Shown here: positions 39,871-50,042 of the stretch, piece after piece
Layout: every line of letters begins with the position of its first letter
Position numbering within the stretch: the first letter of the stretch is position 1
Source: Caenispirillum bisanense
GTDB lineage: Bacteria; Pseudomonadota; Alphaproteobacteria; Rhodospirillales; UBA2165
Length of the DNA: 64,000 bases
Assembly (NCBI GenBank): GCA_945877815.1
Contig: CAMDWJ010000009.1
Span: forward strand, 8,130 to 72,129
Direction of reading: 5' to 3'
The notes under the pieces: generated by a model
What the model was told of the DNA's origin: nothing
The model's database searches: none
Seen by the model: the letters and a program-made list of their open reading frames with translations, nothing else
Program-made: the position numbers and the translations under genes

Positions 39871-40893
39871 GTGGCGGACATATCTCCACGCGCCGTTATT
39901 TTCGGCTGTGCCGGCCCGGAGTTGAGCGAAGCTGAGCGGGCTTTTTTCGCGGATGCCGATCCGGTCGGATTCATCTTGTTCGAACGCAATTGCGCCTCGC
40001 CCGAGCAGGTGCGCCAGCTGTGCACTGATTTGCGCGCTTCGGTCGGACGCAAGAATACGCCCATTCTGATCGATCAGGAGGGCGGGCGCGTTCGCCGTCT
40101 CAAACCGCCCCATTGGCGTCCGGCACCGGCGGCGCGCATGTTCGCCGATCTCGCGAAACGCAATCCGGCGGCCGGTGAAGAGGCGGTGCGTCTCAACGCG
40201 CGGCTGATGGCGGCCGAGCTTGCCGATCTCGGCATCGATGTTGATTGCACGCCGGTCCTAGATCTGCCGCAGGACGACGCCGATCCGATCATCGGCGATC
40301 GCGCCTATGGGACCGAGCCGGCAATGGTCGCGCGTCTGGCGCGCGCGGTGGGAGAGGGCTTGGTCGCCGGCGGCGTGCTTCCCATCATCAAACATATTCC
40401 GGGTCACGGGCGCGCGCGCGCCGATAGCCACAAGGAACTGCCGCGCGTCGAAGTCTCCCACGCCGAACTGAGTGCCCATGATTTCAGGCCGTTCCGCGAT
40501 CTCTGCGATCTGCCGATGGCAATGACCGCGCATGTCGTTTTCGAGGCGATCGATGCGGCGGTGCCGGCCACGTGCTCGCGCCGCCTGATCGATACAGTCA
40601 TCCGCGGCGAAATCGGTTTCGACGGTTGGCTGATCTCCGACGATCTGTCCATGAAGGCACTGTCAGGCGGCTTCGCGGATCGCGCGCGCGCGGCCCTGGA
40701 TGCCGGCTGCGATGTCGTTCTTCATTGCAGCGGCGATCTTGCGGAAATGTATTCCGTCGTGTCGGGGACCCGTCGTCTCGATCCGGCGGGGATGGATCGA
40801 TTGAACCGGGCCCGTGCGCTGATCGCCGGGCCAACCGCGGCGTTCGACAACTTGGCCGCCGAAACCCGGCTTGCCGCCTTACTGGATCAATAA
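39871..40893 (+). CDS. nagZ: beta-N-acetylhexosaminidase (GH3)
   Basis: IDQEGGRV, KHIPGHG..ADSH, SDDLSM. Confidence 0.95.
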   Translation: MADISPRAVIFGCAGPELSEAERAFFADADPVGFILFERNCASPEQVRQLCTDLRASVGRKNTPILIDQEGGRVRRLKPPHWRPAPAARMFADLAKRNPAAGEEAVRLNARLMAAELADLGIDVDCTPVLDLPQDDADPIIGDRAYGTEPAMVARLARAVGEGLVAGGVLPIIKHIPGHGRARADSHKELPRVEVSHAELSAHDFRPFRDLCDLPMAMTAHVVFEAIDAAVPATCSRRLIDTVIRGEIGFDGWLISDDLSMKALSGGFADRARAALDAGCDVVLHCSGDLAEMYSVVSGTRRLDPAGMDRLNRARALIAGPTAAFDNLAAETRLAALLDQ

Positions 40894-41582
40894 TGGACGA
40901 AAGCTCGCAGATCTTTCGCATCTCGACCTGGGTGATCCCGGTATTGCTGGCGATCACCTTGCACGAGGCGTCGCACGGATTCGTCGCTCTTCGCTTCGGC
41001 GATGACACTGCGCTGCAGGCGGGACGCGTTACCTTCAATCCATTAAAGCATATCGACCCGTTCGGAACCGTGATCCTACCCATCATGTTGCTGTTGGCAT
41101 CGGGTGGCAGCATGACCTTTGGTTTTGCCAAGCCCGTTCCCGTCAATTTCGCGCGGCTGCGCCCGCTACGTCCCGGCATCGTCGCGGTCGCCTTTGCCGG
41201 GCCTGGATCGAACCTGGTTCTGGCCGTTGCATCCGCGTTGCTCTTCCATCTGGTGCCTTCGCTGCCCGATGGGGTTATCCCCTGGGCGCAGGCGACCTTG
41301 ACGGTCTCGATGTTAATCAATTTGATTCTCTTCTTTTTCAATCTTATCCCCATCCCCCCGCTCGACGGCGGACGCATATTAGTGGCGGTTTTGCCCGAGA
41401 ATCTGGCCGGTCCTGTGGCCCGGTTGGAGAGGGCTGGCTTTGTCATTATTTTGGGGGCTCTGTTCCTGCTGCCCTGGCTTGGGCAGATGGTGGGCCTCGA
41501 TCTCGACGTATTCCAATGGATCGTTGGGAAGCCGGCCTTCGAGACGATGCTGTGGATTGCCGATTTCGTGGGACTCAAGTGA
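40893..41582 (+). CDS. site-2 protease (M50) family protein
   Basis: HEASH zinc motif, AGPGSN, FNLIPIPPLDGG; TAATG coupling to nagZ. Confidence 0.92.
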   Translation: MDESSQIFRISTWVIPVLLAITLHEASHGFVALRFGDDTALQAGRVTFNPLKHIDPFGTVILPIMLLLASGGSMTFGFAKPVPVNFARLRPLRPGIVAVAFAGPGSNLVLAVASALLFHLVPSLPDGVIPWAQATLTVSMLINLILFFFNLIPIPPLDGGRILVAVLPENLAGPVARLERAGFVIILGALFLLPWLGQMVGLDLDVFQWIVGKPAFETMLWIADFVGLK

Positions 41583-41585
41583 CAT

Positions 41586-42410
41586 ATGAGCGAGCGCGAC
41601 GCTAACTTCGAAGAGGATGCCGGGCGGCCTATCGTCGACCCGGGCCAGGAACTCGTTATCGACGTCGCGGGCTTCGAAGGGCCGATCGACGTTCTCTTGA
41701 CGCTCGCGCGCGACCAAAAGGTCGACATCACACAGATTTCGATTCTGCAGTTGGCCGACCAGTATCTGCTGTGGATCGCCCGGCTGAAGGGACAGAACCT
41801 CGACCTCGCCGCCGACTATCTGGTGATGGCGGCGTGGCTCGCCTATCTCAAATCGAAACTGCTGTTGCCCGAAACAGGTACAACCGAGGAACCCTCAGGC
41901 GAGGTGATGGCTGAGGCGCTCGCCTATCAGATGCGGCGCTTGGAGGCGATGCAGTCTGCCGGGCAAAATCTCATCCACCGCCCGCAGCTTGGCGTGGACT
42001 ATTTCAAGCGCGGCGAGCCCGAGGCCTTCGGCTACAACTCCACCACACGCTACAATGTGACGCTGTACGATTTGCTGAGCGCTTATGGCGATCAGGCGCG
42101 GCGCTCCAATATCAAGACCTTGCGCGTGGCGCCCAGCGAGCTTTATTCGATGGATGAGGCGATCCAGCGCCTGTCTTCGATGCTGGGGCGTATTCCGGAC
42201 TGGTCCAATCTCATGCAGTTCCTCCCCATAGAGTTGCGCGGCGATATCGTGAGCCGCTCGGCGTTGGCCGCAACCTTCCTCGCGGCCCTTCAACTCACCA
42301 AGGACGGGCGCATGCGCATCCGCCAGGGCGAAAATTTCGGCCCGGTCTATATCCGGGCTTCCAGCGAAGCAGAAGTTGCAAGTGCTGCACGTATCGAAGA
42401 AACAAGGTAG
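41586..42410 (+). CDS. scpA: segregation and condensation protein A
   Basis: FEGPIDVLL, ADYLVMAAWLAYLKS, FLAALQL. Confidence 0.94.
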   Translation: MSERDANFEEDAGRPIVDPGQELVIDVAGFEGPIDVLLTLARDQKVDITQISILQLADQYLLWIARLKGQNLDLAADYLVMAAWLAYLKSKLLLPETGTTEEPSGEVMAEALAYQMRRLEAMQSAGQNLIHRPQLGVDYFKRGEPEAFGYNSTTRYNVTLYDLLSAYGDQARRSNIKTLRVAPSELYSMDEAIQRLSSMLGRIPDWSNLMQFLPIELRGDIVSRSALAATFLAALQLTKDGRMRIRQGENFGPVYIRASSEAEVASAARIEETR

Positions 42411-42414
42411 TCGT

Positions 42415-43329
42415 ATGATGGATTTGAACGTTTCCGAATCTGAGGTCACGAGTGTGCCGAATTTGGCGCAGGCGATTGAGACCATGCAGGACGAAGAGGA
42501 GACCCAGGCGATCGAAGCGAGAACCGAGACCACGGATGCGAACGCCGAGCCCGTGCTCGATGCGCCGGCCGACGAGCCTTCCGCGCCCGAAGAGGTCGCT
42601 GCCGAAGAGGTCATCGAGCAAGCCGTCGAGGATTTGACGGAAGAAGAGCTTCCCGAACCGACCGAGGTCGACGAAGGCCAACTGCGTTTGCTGGAGGCCC
42701 TGATCTTCGCGTCCTCCGAGCCGGTGTCGCAGACGGTCTGCAAGGATCGCCTGCCGGACGGCGCGGCCGTGCCCGCGCTGCTCGCACGCCTGCGGGCAGA
42801 CTACGCGACGCGCGGTGTCAATCTGGTGAAGATCGGCAAGGGTTGGGCGTTCCGCACCTCGACCGATCTTGCTCCGCAACTCGCGACCAACCGCGAAATC
42901 AGCCGTAAAATGTCGCGTGCCGCGGTCGAGACGCTCGCGGTGATTGCCTATCATCAACCGGTGACGCGCGCCGAGATCGAAGAAATTCGTGGTGTCAGCA
43001 TCAGCAAGGGCACCATGGATATCCTGTTCGAGTCAGGTTGGATCCGCCCGCGCGGCCGGCGCCGTACGCCGGGCCGCCCGGTGACCTGGGGTACCAGCGA
43101 GGCTTTCCTCGATCACTTCGCACTTGAGACATTGGACGACCTGCCGGGTGTCGAGGATTTGCGCGCCGCCGGCCTGCTGGACAAGCGTCCGGCGATCCAG
43201 ACCTTGGGTATTCAGGGTGCAGAGCCGCAGGATCCGGACGCCTTGGCCGAACCGGCCGAAGAGGTCGATCTGTCCGAAGATCCACTCGATCCTGAAGATG
43301 GCGATTTGCGCAAACTCATGCGCGAGTGA
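42415..43329 (+). CDS. scpB: segregation and condensation protein B with acidic N-terminal extension
   Basis: LEALIFAS, ETLAVIAYHQPVTRAEIEEIRGV, PGRPVTWGT. Confidence 0.94.
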   Translation: MMDLNVSESEVTSVPNLAQAIETMQDEEETQAIEARTETTDANAEPVLDAPADEPSAPEEVAAEEVIEQAVEDLTEEELPEPTEVDEGQLRLLEALIFASSEPVSQTVCKDRLPDGAAVPALLARLRADYATRGVNLVKIGKGWAFRTSTDLAPQLATNREISRKMSRAAVETLAVIAYHQPVTRAEIEEIRGVSISKGTMDILFESGWIRPRGRRRTPGRPVTWGTSEAFLDHFALETLDDLPGVEDLRAAGLLDKRPAIQTLGIQGAEPQDPDALAEPAEEVDLSEDPLDPEDGDLRKLMRE

Positions 43330-43350
43330 ATGGTCTCTGACGCCGCTTAT

Positions 43351-43472
43351 CCCCCACACCAACCCTCCACCGATCGCGCGGTCTGCCGCGCGCAAGTGCG
43401 CGATGGGGGGGAGGGATTAAAAAAAAGTAACGTCCCCTCTCCCCTGCGAAGGGGAGGATTAGGGTGGGAGGG
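43351..43472. repeat. two oppositely oriented CCCTC(T/C)CC...GGGAGGG palindromic REP-like elements
   Basis: 43351-43415 (CCCCCACACCAACCCTCC...GGGGAGGG with internal ATCGCGC/GCGCGAT stem) and 43434-43472 (CCCCTCTCCCCT..AGGGGAGGATTAGGGTGGGAGGG). Confidence 0.6.
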
Positions 43473-43509
43473 CCGCCTGTCAAATGACATTCGGCAGGGG
43501 CGTTTCTAA

Positions 43510-44646
43510 ATGCGCGCCGACGTTTACGTCACCGTCTGGGGTACGGCTTTTGTCGAGAAATACCTGACATATTCGTTGGCGAGCCAACTGGCGCCGGGCA
43601 ATTTGCCTGCGCTGTCCGCTGCCGACATCGAATTCGTCTATCACATCTATACCGATCGTGCCTCCGAACCGCTGTTCGCTGCGGGGGTGGACGCTCTGGC
43701 ACCTTATGCCGAGGTGCGTTTCCATTTCTACGAAGATATTCCGTTCAAGGGGGCCTCACTCTCCGAGGCGATGGCCAATTCGCCACCGGACACCGTGAAG
43801 CACAATGTGCAGCGGCTGACCTCGCTGCATTTCCTCGACCTCGCCGCCGAGGAGAAGAGCGATGCGGCCATCCTGCTCGATTCCGATTTCCTGTTCTCGG
43901 ACGGTTCGTGGCCGGCGATGATCGCGTTCTATCGTGCGGGCGCGCAGGCCGTCTGCGCGATGCATCTGCGTCTCGATGAAGGTCGGGCCACGCCGCTTCT
44001 CAAGGACCGGATCGGCGCCGGGATGTCTGGGCGCGATCTGGTCGCGGTCGGTCTTGCGGCACTCCATCCCATCGCGCAATCGATGTTCGTCGATGCCGAT
44101 CCCTTCACGACCTATCCGTCGCAGCTCAATTGGCGAGTCAGTGCGGCCGACGGCTTTGTTACTCACACTTACTTCCCTCATCCGTTGCTGACGGTGCCGC
44201 GTGCCGGTCTGCGCTATTCAAGCACGATGGATTACGAATATGCCTTGCGCGCCGTGCGCGAGGATTCCGCGATCCATCTCGTGCGATCGTCGGACGAGCT
44301 GCTGGTCTGCAAGATCACGCCCGCGACCTACCTTGCGGAAAAACCGAAAGGCGGCACGCTGTCGCTTGGTGAAATTGCGCGGTTTCTCGTCTCCAACACC
44401 AATATGCGCCATCGCTTGTTCATGGCGCAGCCGATCCGCTTTCGCGCGAGCGGCACGGAAGAGGCGTGGAAAGAGACCGAAGCCCGCTCGACCCGCTACG
44501 TCGAGGGGCTCTATCAGGCCGCCGAAATGATCCTGGCCGGGGTCAAGATGGATGCGCGAAGTCTCGTTTTCCTCAAATCTTTCCTGGGTCCAATCGAGGA
44601 TTATGCCTCGCCTCAAACCGCATCCCGCCTCAAGAGCCGGATGTAG
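43510..44646 (+). CDS. hypothetical protein, possible GT-A-like fold
   Basis: 378-aa ORF; VTVWG..F.....[11 protein letters not shown]-terminus, [12 protein letters not shown] DxD motif. Confidence 0.6.
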   Translation: MRADVYVTVWGTAFVEKYLTYSLASQLAPGNLPALSAADIEFVYHIYTDRASEPLFAAGVDALAPYAEVRFHFYEDIPFKGASLSEAMANSPPDTVKHNVQRLTSLHFLDLAAEEKSDAAILLDSDFLFSDGSWPAMIAFYRAGAQAVCAMHLRLDEGRATPLLKDRIGAGMSGRDLVAVGLAALHPIAQSMFVDADPFTTYPSQLNWRVSAADGFVTHTYFPHPLLTVPRAGLRYSSTMDYEYALRAVREDSAIHLVRSSDELLVCKITPATYLAEKPKGGTLSLGEIARFLVSNTNMRHRLFMAQPIRFRASGTEEAWKETEARSTRYVEGLYQAAEMILAGVKMDARSLVFLKSFLGPIEDYASPQTASRLKSRM

Positions 44647-44738
44647 CGGTTTTCGGCCCTCCCGGCGTCGTTGCTCCGTCCCCTCGCATCTGCCATGATG
44701 GGCGCAACATCCTGACACTAAACGTGAAAGTGGTTGCC

Positions 44739-44999
44739 ATGGGTAGCTTTAGCATCTGGCATTGGTTAATCGTCCTCGCGGTCGTCCTGCTGTTGTTCGG
44801 TGGGCGCGGCAAGATTTCGCAGATCATGGGCGATTTTGGCAAAGGCCTGAAATCCTTTAAAAAGGGCATCAAGGACGATGAGGAGGAAACCGCGGCGACG
44901 AATGCCGCGAGTGCGGCCACGGCGCAACGCGTGCCGGACGACACGCATCGTCCGATGTCGTCGGCACACACAACCGAGTCTCCGAAAAAAGCCGACTAG
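44739..44999 (+). CDS. tatA: twin-arginine translocase subunit TatA
   Basis: [35 protein letters not shown]; start reassigned. Confidence 0.95.
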   Translation: MGSFSIWHWLIVLAVVLLLFGGRGKISQIMGDFGKGLKSFKKGIKDDEEETAATNAASAATAQRVPDDTHRPMSSAHTTESPKKAD

Positions 45000-45071
45000 C
45001 TCGCATCGTAGCCTCGGCGAAGGTTTCGTCGTTCAACTTTTCTTTCCTCGCCCCTAGGATCGCGGGCCGCA

Positions 45072-45473
45072 ATGTTCGATATCGGCTGGCCAGAGCTGTT
45101 CGTAATCGCGCTTGTCGCTTTGGTCGTCATCGGACCCAAGGACTTGCCGAAAGTCATGCGCGCCGTCGGCCGTTGGGTCGGCAAGGCCAAGCGCGTGACC
45201 TACGAATTCAAGAGTCATGTCGACGACATGATGCGCGAATCCGAACTCGACGAGGTGCGCCAGCAAATCCGCGAGGCGACGCAGGGCGATCCCAGCGCCT
45301 ATGTCGAGAAATCCGTCGATCCCGATAAGAAGATCCGCGAAGCTTTCGAATTCGGTGGCGAGGAATTGGTGAATGTGAAGATGCCGGAATTGCCGGTGAC
45401 GAGCATTGCCCCACCCGCGCCCGCGCCGGATGCGCCGGTGCCAGCGGTTGAATCCAAAGAGACCAAGACGTGA
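45072..45473 (+). CDS. tatB: twin-arginine translocase subunit TatB
   Basis: MFDIGWPEL..VIGPKDLP. Confidence 0.95.
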   Translation: MFDIGWPELFVIALVALVVIGPKDLPKVMRAVGRWVGKAKRVTYEFKSHVDDMMRESELDEVRQQIREATQGDPSAYVEKSVDPDKKIREAFEFGGEELVNVKMPELPVTSIAPPAPAPDAPVPAVESKETKT

Positions 45474-46297
45474 GTGCCGCCCAGGACGACGATTCCTCTA
45501 AAATGCCGCTGCTCGATCATTTGATCGAACTGCGCAACCGGCTGATCAAATCATTCATCGCCGTAATCGTCCTGTTCCTGATCTGTTACGGCTTCTCCGA
45601 GCATATCTACGCCTTTCTCGTGCATCCGCTGGCCGAAGTGGTGCACGAGCAGGGCGAGAATCGCCGGCTGATCTATACCGCTCTGCACGAGGCCTTCTTC
45701 ACCTATTTGAAGGTGTCGTTTTTCGCGGCGATGTTCCTGGCCTTCCCCTTCATCGCCGCGCAATTGTGGCGGTTCATGGCGCCCGGCCTCTACGCCAATG
45801 AAAAGAAGGCCCTGCTGCCCTATCTTGTGATCTCGCCGGTGCTGTTCTTCATGGGCGGAGCGCTCGTCTATTATTTCATCTTCCCGATGGCGTGGCGCTT
45901 CTTCCTGAGTTTCGAATCGCCGGGCGGCGAGGGTATGATGCCGATCCAGCTCGAAGCCAAGGTCAACGAATATCTCTCGCTCGTAATGCAGTTGATTTTC
46001 GCCTTCGGTATCGCGTTCCAGCTTCCGGTCGTGCTCACCTTGGCCGCGCGGGCGGGCTTCACGACAGCGGCCGGATTGGCCGAGAAGCGGCGCTACGCCA
46101 TCGTCATCGCATTCATTGCTGCGGCGATCCTCACCCCGCCTGATGTGATCAGCCAGGTCGGGCTCGCCATTCCGATCATAATTTTGTACGAGGCCTCGAT
46201 TGTCGTCGTGCGCATGATGGAAAAGCGGCGACCGAAAGAAGAAATCACCGACGACGGCGTCGTCGACGATACGGATTTCAACGAGGCCCAGAGCTAA
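45470..46297 (+). CDS. tatC: twin-arginine translocase subunit TatC
   Basis: [32 protein letters not shown]. Confidence 0.96.
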   Translation: MSAAQDDDSSKMPLLDHLIELRNRLIKSFIAVIVLFLICYGFSEHIYAFLVHPLAEVVHEQGENRRLIYTALHEAFFTYLKVSFFAAMFLAFPFIAAQLWRFMAPGLYANEKKALLPYLVISPVLFFMGGALVYYFIFPMAWRFFLSFESPGGEGMMPIQLEAKVNEYLSLVMQLIFAFGIAFQLPVVLTLAARAGFTTAAGLAEKRRYAIVIAFIAAAILTPPDVISQVGLAIPIIILYEASIVVVRMMEKRRPKEEITDDGVVDDTDFNEAQS

Positions 46298-46301
46298 TCA
46301 C

Positions 46302-47585
46302 ATGCACGACATCCGTTTCATTCGCGAGCAGCCCCTTGTTTTCGCGGCAGGTCTCACGCGCCGTAATTTTGAAGGTGCGGACGATGTTGCCAATCAACTC
46401 TTGGAGTTGGACAAGCGCCGCCGCGAGGCCGTGACCCGCGCGCAGGAACTACAGACGCGGCGCAACGAACTGTCCAAACAGATCGGCCAGAAAAAATCCA
46501 AGGGCGAGGATGCGGCCGCCGAAATGGCAGAGGTCGCGCGCTCCAAGGATGAGCAGGCCGAGGCCGAGGCGGCGGGTAAGGCTGCGGGCGACGAACTCGA
46601 CACACTTCTCGCTTCGTTGCCCAACCTGCCGGCCGACGACGTGCTGCAGGGCAAGGACGAGAGCGAGAACAAGGAAGTCCGCAAGGACGGCGAACCCCGC
46701 AAATTCAATTTCACCGCCAAGGATCATGTGGCGCTCGGCACCGGCCTTCGCATGATGGACATGGATACGGCCGCGAAAATGTCGGGTGCGCGCTTCGTGA
46801 TCCTGTCGGGCGCCTTGGCGCGGCTCGAACGAGCGCTGGGCGCCTTCATGCTCGATCTGCACACGCAGACCAACGGTTACACCGAAGTCAGCCCGCCGGT
46901 CCTGGTGCGCGACAATGCGCTGTTCGGCACCGGGCAATTGCCGAAATTCGCTGAGGATCTGTTCCGCACCGAGCAGGATATGTGGCTGATCCCGACCGCA
47001 GAGGTCTCGCTCACCAATATCGTCGCCGAGCAGATCGTGACCGAGGAAACTCTGCCGCGTCGCTATACCGCGCAGACTCTGTGCTTCCGTTCCGAGGCCG
47101 GGGCGGCAGGCAAGGACACGACCGGCATGATCCGCCAGCATCAGTTCCTCAAGGTCGAGATGGTGTCGATCGTGCGGTCCGAGGATTCGGAGGCCGAGCA
47201 CGAGCGCATGACCGGCTGCGCCGAGGACGTGCTGAAGCGTCTGGCCATTCCCTATCGCACGATGATGCTGTGCACCGGCGATATGGGCTTTTCCGCGCGC
47301 AAGACCTACGACATCGAAGTCTGGTTGCCCGGGCAGGACCGCTACCGCGAGATTTCGTCCTGCTCCAACTGCGGCGATTTTCAGGCAAGGCGCATGAATG
47401 CGCGTTACCGCCCGGCGGGCGAGAAGGGGACGCGTTTCGTTCATACCCTCAATGGGTCCGGCTTGGCGGTCGGGCGCACCCTGATCGCGGTGCTGGAGAA
47501 TTACCAGCAGGCCGATGGCTCGATCGCGGTGCCGGACGTGCTTCGCCCCTATATGGGCGGGCTCGATACGATCCAGCGGGCGTGA
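46302..47585 (+). CDS. serS: serine--tRNA ligase
   Basis: [39 protein letters not shown]. Confidence 0.98.
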   Translation: MHDIRFIREQPLVFAAGLTRRNFEGADDVANQLLELDKRRREAVTRAQELQTRRNELSKQIGQKKSKGEDAAAEMAEVARSKDEQAEAEAAGKAAGDELDTLLASLPNLPADDVLQGKDESENKEVRKDGEPRKFNFTAKDHVALGTGLRMMDMDTAAKMSGARFVILSGALARLERALGAFMLDLHTQTNGYTEVSPPVLVRDNALFGTGQLPKFAEDLFRTEQDMWLIPTAEVSLTNIVAEQIVTEETLPRRYTAQTLCFRSEAGAAGKDTTGMIRQHQFLKVEMVSIVRSEDSEAEHERMTGCAEDVLKRLAIPYRTMMLCTGDMGFSARKTYDIEVWLPGQDRYREISSCSNCGDFQARRMNARYRPAGEKGTRFVHTLNGSGLAVGRTLIAVLENYQQADGSIAVPDVLRPYMGGLDTIQRA

Positions 47586-48028
47586 TGGCTGACCGAGCAA
47601 GCGACACAATGACCGGATGGCACGATATTTCCCGCACTATCATCATGCCCGTGCTTTGCGATCATTACGGCCATTTGAACGTGCGTCACTATTCCGCGCT
47701 GTTCAACGACGCGGCCTGGCAGATGCTGACCTTGGGCGGGGTTAGCATGACGGACATGCGCGCAGCGGGGCTCGGCACGGTGGTCGCCACACTGACAATC
47801 GATTTCCACCACGAGGTGACGGTCGGTCAGTTGGTGCAGATCAAGGGCGCGATCACCAAGGTCGGCACCAAGAGCCTGGCGCACGAATTGCGGCTCTATG
47901 AGACGGAAACGATGACCCACTGCGCGACCCAGAAATCGGTCGAGGTGTGTTTCGACATGGTCAAGCGGACCTCGGTCCCGTTCCCGGACGATTTCCGCCA
48001 GCGGCTTGCAGCCGCCGTTGCGGTCTAG
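47585..48028 (+). CDS. acyl-CoA thioesterase (hot-dog fold, 4HBT-like)
   Basis: CDHYGHLNVRHY motif; TGATG coupling to serS (alternative ATG at 47609). Confidence 0.82.
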   Translation: MADRASDTMTGWHDISRTIIMPVLCDHYGHLNVRHYSALFNDAAWQMLTLGGVSMTDMRAAGLGTVVATLTIDFHHEVTVGQLVQIKGAITKVGTKSLAHELRLYETETMTHCATQKSVEVCFDMVKRTSVPFPDDFRQRLAAAVAV

Positions 48029-48048
48029 TCCAGGGCAAGACGCAATCC

Positions 48049-48064
48049 TTAATCGCTGGTTAAC
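48049..48064 (+). promoter_or_regulatory. CtrA box upstream of pcm-nlpD
   Basis: TTAA-TCGCTGG-TTAAC = TTAA-N7-TTAAC in intergenic DNA. Confidence 0.7.
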
Positions 48065-48197
48065 CAAATCGTGAAAGGCTGCGGTCGGGATTCTGTGCGC
48101 CCACGCCCGCCTTTGGTCGGTGTGGGGGTGCTATGGGTGGCGAGAGTATGGGGCAATCGAATATGACTAGGGTGGCCACCTTTACGAGGGATGGGGC

Positions 48198-48842
48198 GTG
48201 AGCGACGAGGGCAAAGCCAAACTCGTCATGGCGCTACGGAAGGCCGGCGTCACCGATACGGCCGTTTTGGGGGCGATCGAGAAACTGCCGCGCGACGTGT
48301 TCGTGCCCGCGCATTTCCGCCATGCCGCCTATGACGATGTCGCCCTGCCGATCGGACATGGCCAGACGGTCAGCCGCCCGGCGGTCGTCGGCCTGATGAC
48401 CGAGGCGCTCTGCCTCACGCCGCGCACCAAGGTGCTCGAGATCGGAACGGGGTCGGGCTATCAGACCGCCGTGCTCGCCATGCTGTCGCGCCGCGTCTAT
48501 ACGATCGAGCGGCACCGCCCGCTTCTGGCGATGGCCGAGCAGCGTTTCGGCCAATTGAAATTGTTCAATATCACGACCCGTGCCGGCGACGGCACTTTGG
48601 GCTGGAAAGCGCAGGCGCCGTTCCAATGCATCATCGTGACGGCCGCCGCGGCCGACGTGCCGCCGGTGCTCGCCGATCAATTGGCCGAGGGCGGCGCGAT
48701 GGTCGTGCCGATCGGCAGCGACTATGCGAGCCAGGCCATCGTGAAAGTCGTGCGAGAAGGCAGCGGTTTCACGACCAAGGAAATGCGCGCCGTTCCCTTT
48801 GTGCCGCTTGTGCCGGCTGATACGGCGAGGGAGGCGGTGTGA
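48198..48842 (+). CDS. pcm: protein-L-isoaspartate O-methyltransferase
   Basis: PIGHGQTVS, VLEIGTGSGYQ, IIVTAAA, FVPLV. Confidence 0.93.
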   Translation: MSDEGKAKLVMALRKAGVTDTAVLGAIEKLPRDVFVPAHFRHAAYDDVALPIGHGQTVSRPAVVGLMTEALCLTPRTKVLEIGTGSGYQTAVLAMLSRRVYTIERHRPLLAMAEQRFGQLKLFNITTRAGDGTLGWKAQAPFQCIIVTAAAADVPPVLADQLAEGGAMVVPIGSDYASQAIVKVVREGSGFTTKEMRAVPFVPLVPADTAREAV

Positions 48843-50035
48843 TGCTGCGCGCGGCACTCCTGATCCTTGTCGCCGCGACTCTGTCGGCCTGCGGCGGTTT
48901 GCAGTGGCCGCCTCAACCGCAGCCGCACTTGGCGAATCCGCCCCGCGCCGCCGCCGCCCCTGTCGCGGTCGCGAACGGGCAATCGCGCACCGTCGCGGTG
49001 CAGAGCGGCGAAACCCTGTTCGATCTCGCCAAGCGCACCGGCGTGACCCCGCGCGCGATCATCGAAACCAATAACTTGCAGCCACCCTATCGCATCGCCA
49101 AGGGCCAGACGCTGATCTTGCCCGCGTCCAAGACACACACTGTGATCCGCGGCGACACGCTCTACGGCATCTCGCGTTATTACGGCGTCGATGCCTACGA
49201 ACTCGCTCGGCTCAATAACCTCGCCCCGCCCTATAATATTCGTGCCAATCAATCGCTTATCCTGCCGGGCGGCGATACGCGTACTCCGACCTCGGTCGAG
49301 ACGGTCGACCGTTCGGGATCGACCGGTCCAACAAGTATACCGGCGCCGAGCCCGCGCGGCCCGGCACTCGAAAAGGTTCATGTGATCGAAGAGGCGCGCG
49401 TGGCATCGATCGGGCCTGACCGCTCCGCTCCGCTCCAAGCGGCCGTCCAGGTTCCGGCTTCGGTATCCGCCACGTCGACTTCACCTGCGGCAGTGAATGT
49501 GGCACCTGCTTACGTGCCCGCGACACCCGCTGTGAGTCACGTCGAGCCGGGGACGCCGGTCGAGCGTCCGGCCGAAGCCGCTCCGCAGCCGGAGAAGGCG
49601 CAGCTCGCCAGCCTGCCGACAGCAGCCTTGCGCGGCAAGGGCGGCAGCGGCCGCTTCGTCTGGCCGGTCCAAGGCAAGCTTGCCTCCGAATACGGCCCCA
49701 AAGGCGACGGCCTTCACAATGACGGCATCAATATCGTGGCTGCCAAGGGCACCCCGGTTCATGCGGCGGCCTCTGGCGTTGTCGCCTATGCAGGCAACGA
49801 AATTCGCGGCTTTGGCAATTTATTGCTGATCCAGCACTCGGACGGCTGGATGACCGCCTATGCCCACAACGACAAACTGCTGGTCAAACGCGGCGACCGG
49901 GTCGAGCAGGGCCAGCAGGTCGGCGCGGTCGGGTCGACCGGCAACGTCGTGAGCCCGCAGCTTCACTTCGAGATCCGCCGCGGCAAGCGCGCGGTCGATC
50001 CGCTGGATCAGTTGGGTTCGCCGCGCTCGTCCTAG
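48839..50035 (+). CDS. nlpD: LysM-M23 lipoprotein (NlpD/DipM-like)
   Basis: LSAC lipobox, two LysM domains, NDGINI and QLHFEIR degenerate M23 domain. Confidence 0.85.
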   Translation: MMLRAALLILVAATLSACGGLQWPPQPQPHLANPPRAAAAPVAVANGQSRTVAVQSGETLFDLAKRTGVTPRAIIETNNLQPPYRIAKGQTLILPASKTHTVIRGDTLYGISRYYGVDAYELARLNNLAPPYNIRANQSLILPGGDTRTPTSVETVDRSGSTGPTSIPAPSPRGPALEKVHVIEEARVASIGPDRSAPLQAAVQVPASVSATSTSPAAVNVAPAYVPATPAVSHVEPGTPVERPAEAAPQPEKAQLASLPTAALRGKGGSGRFVWPVQGKLASEYGPKGDGLHNDGINIVAAKGTPVHAAASGVVAYAGNEIRGFGNLLLIQHSDGWMTAYAHNDKLLVKRGDRVEQGQQVGAVGSTGNVVSPQLHFEIRRGKRAVDPLDQLGSPRSS

Positions 50036-50042
50036 TGGCGTT

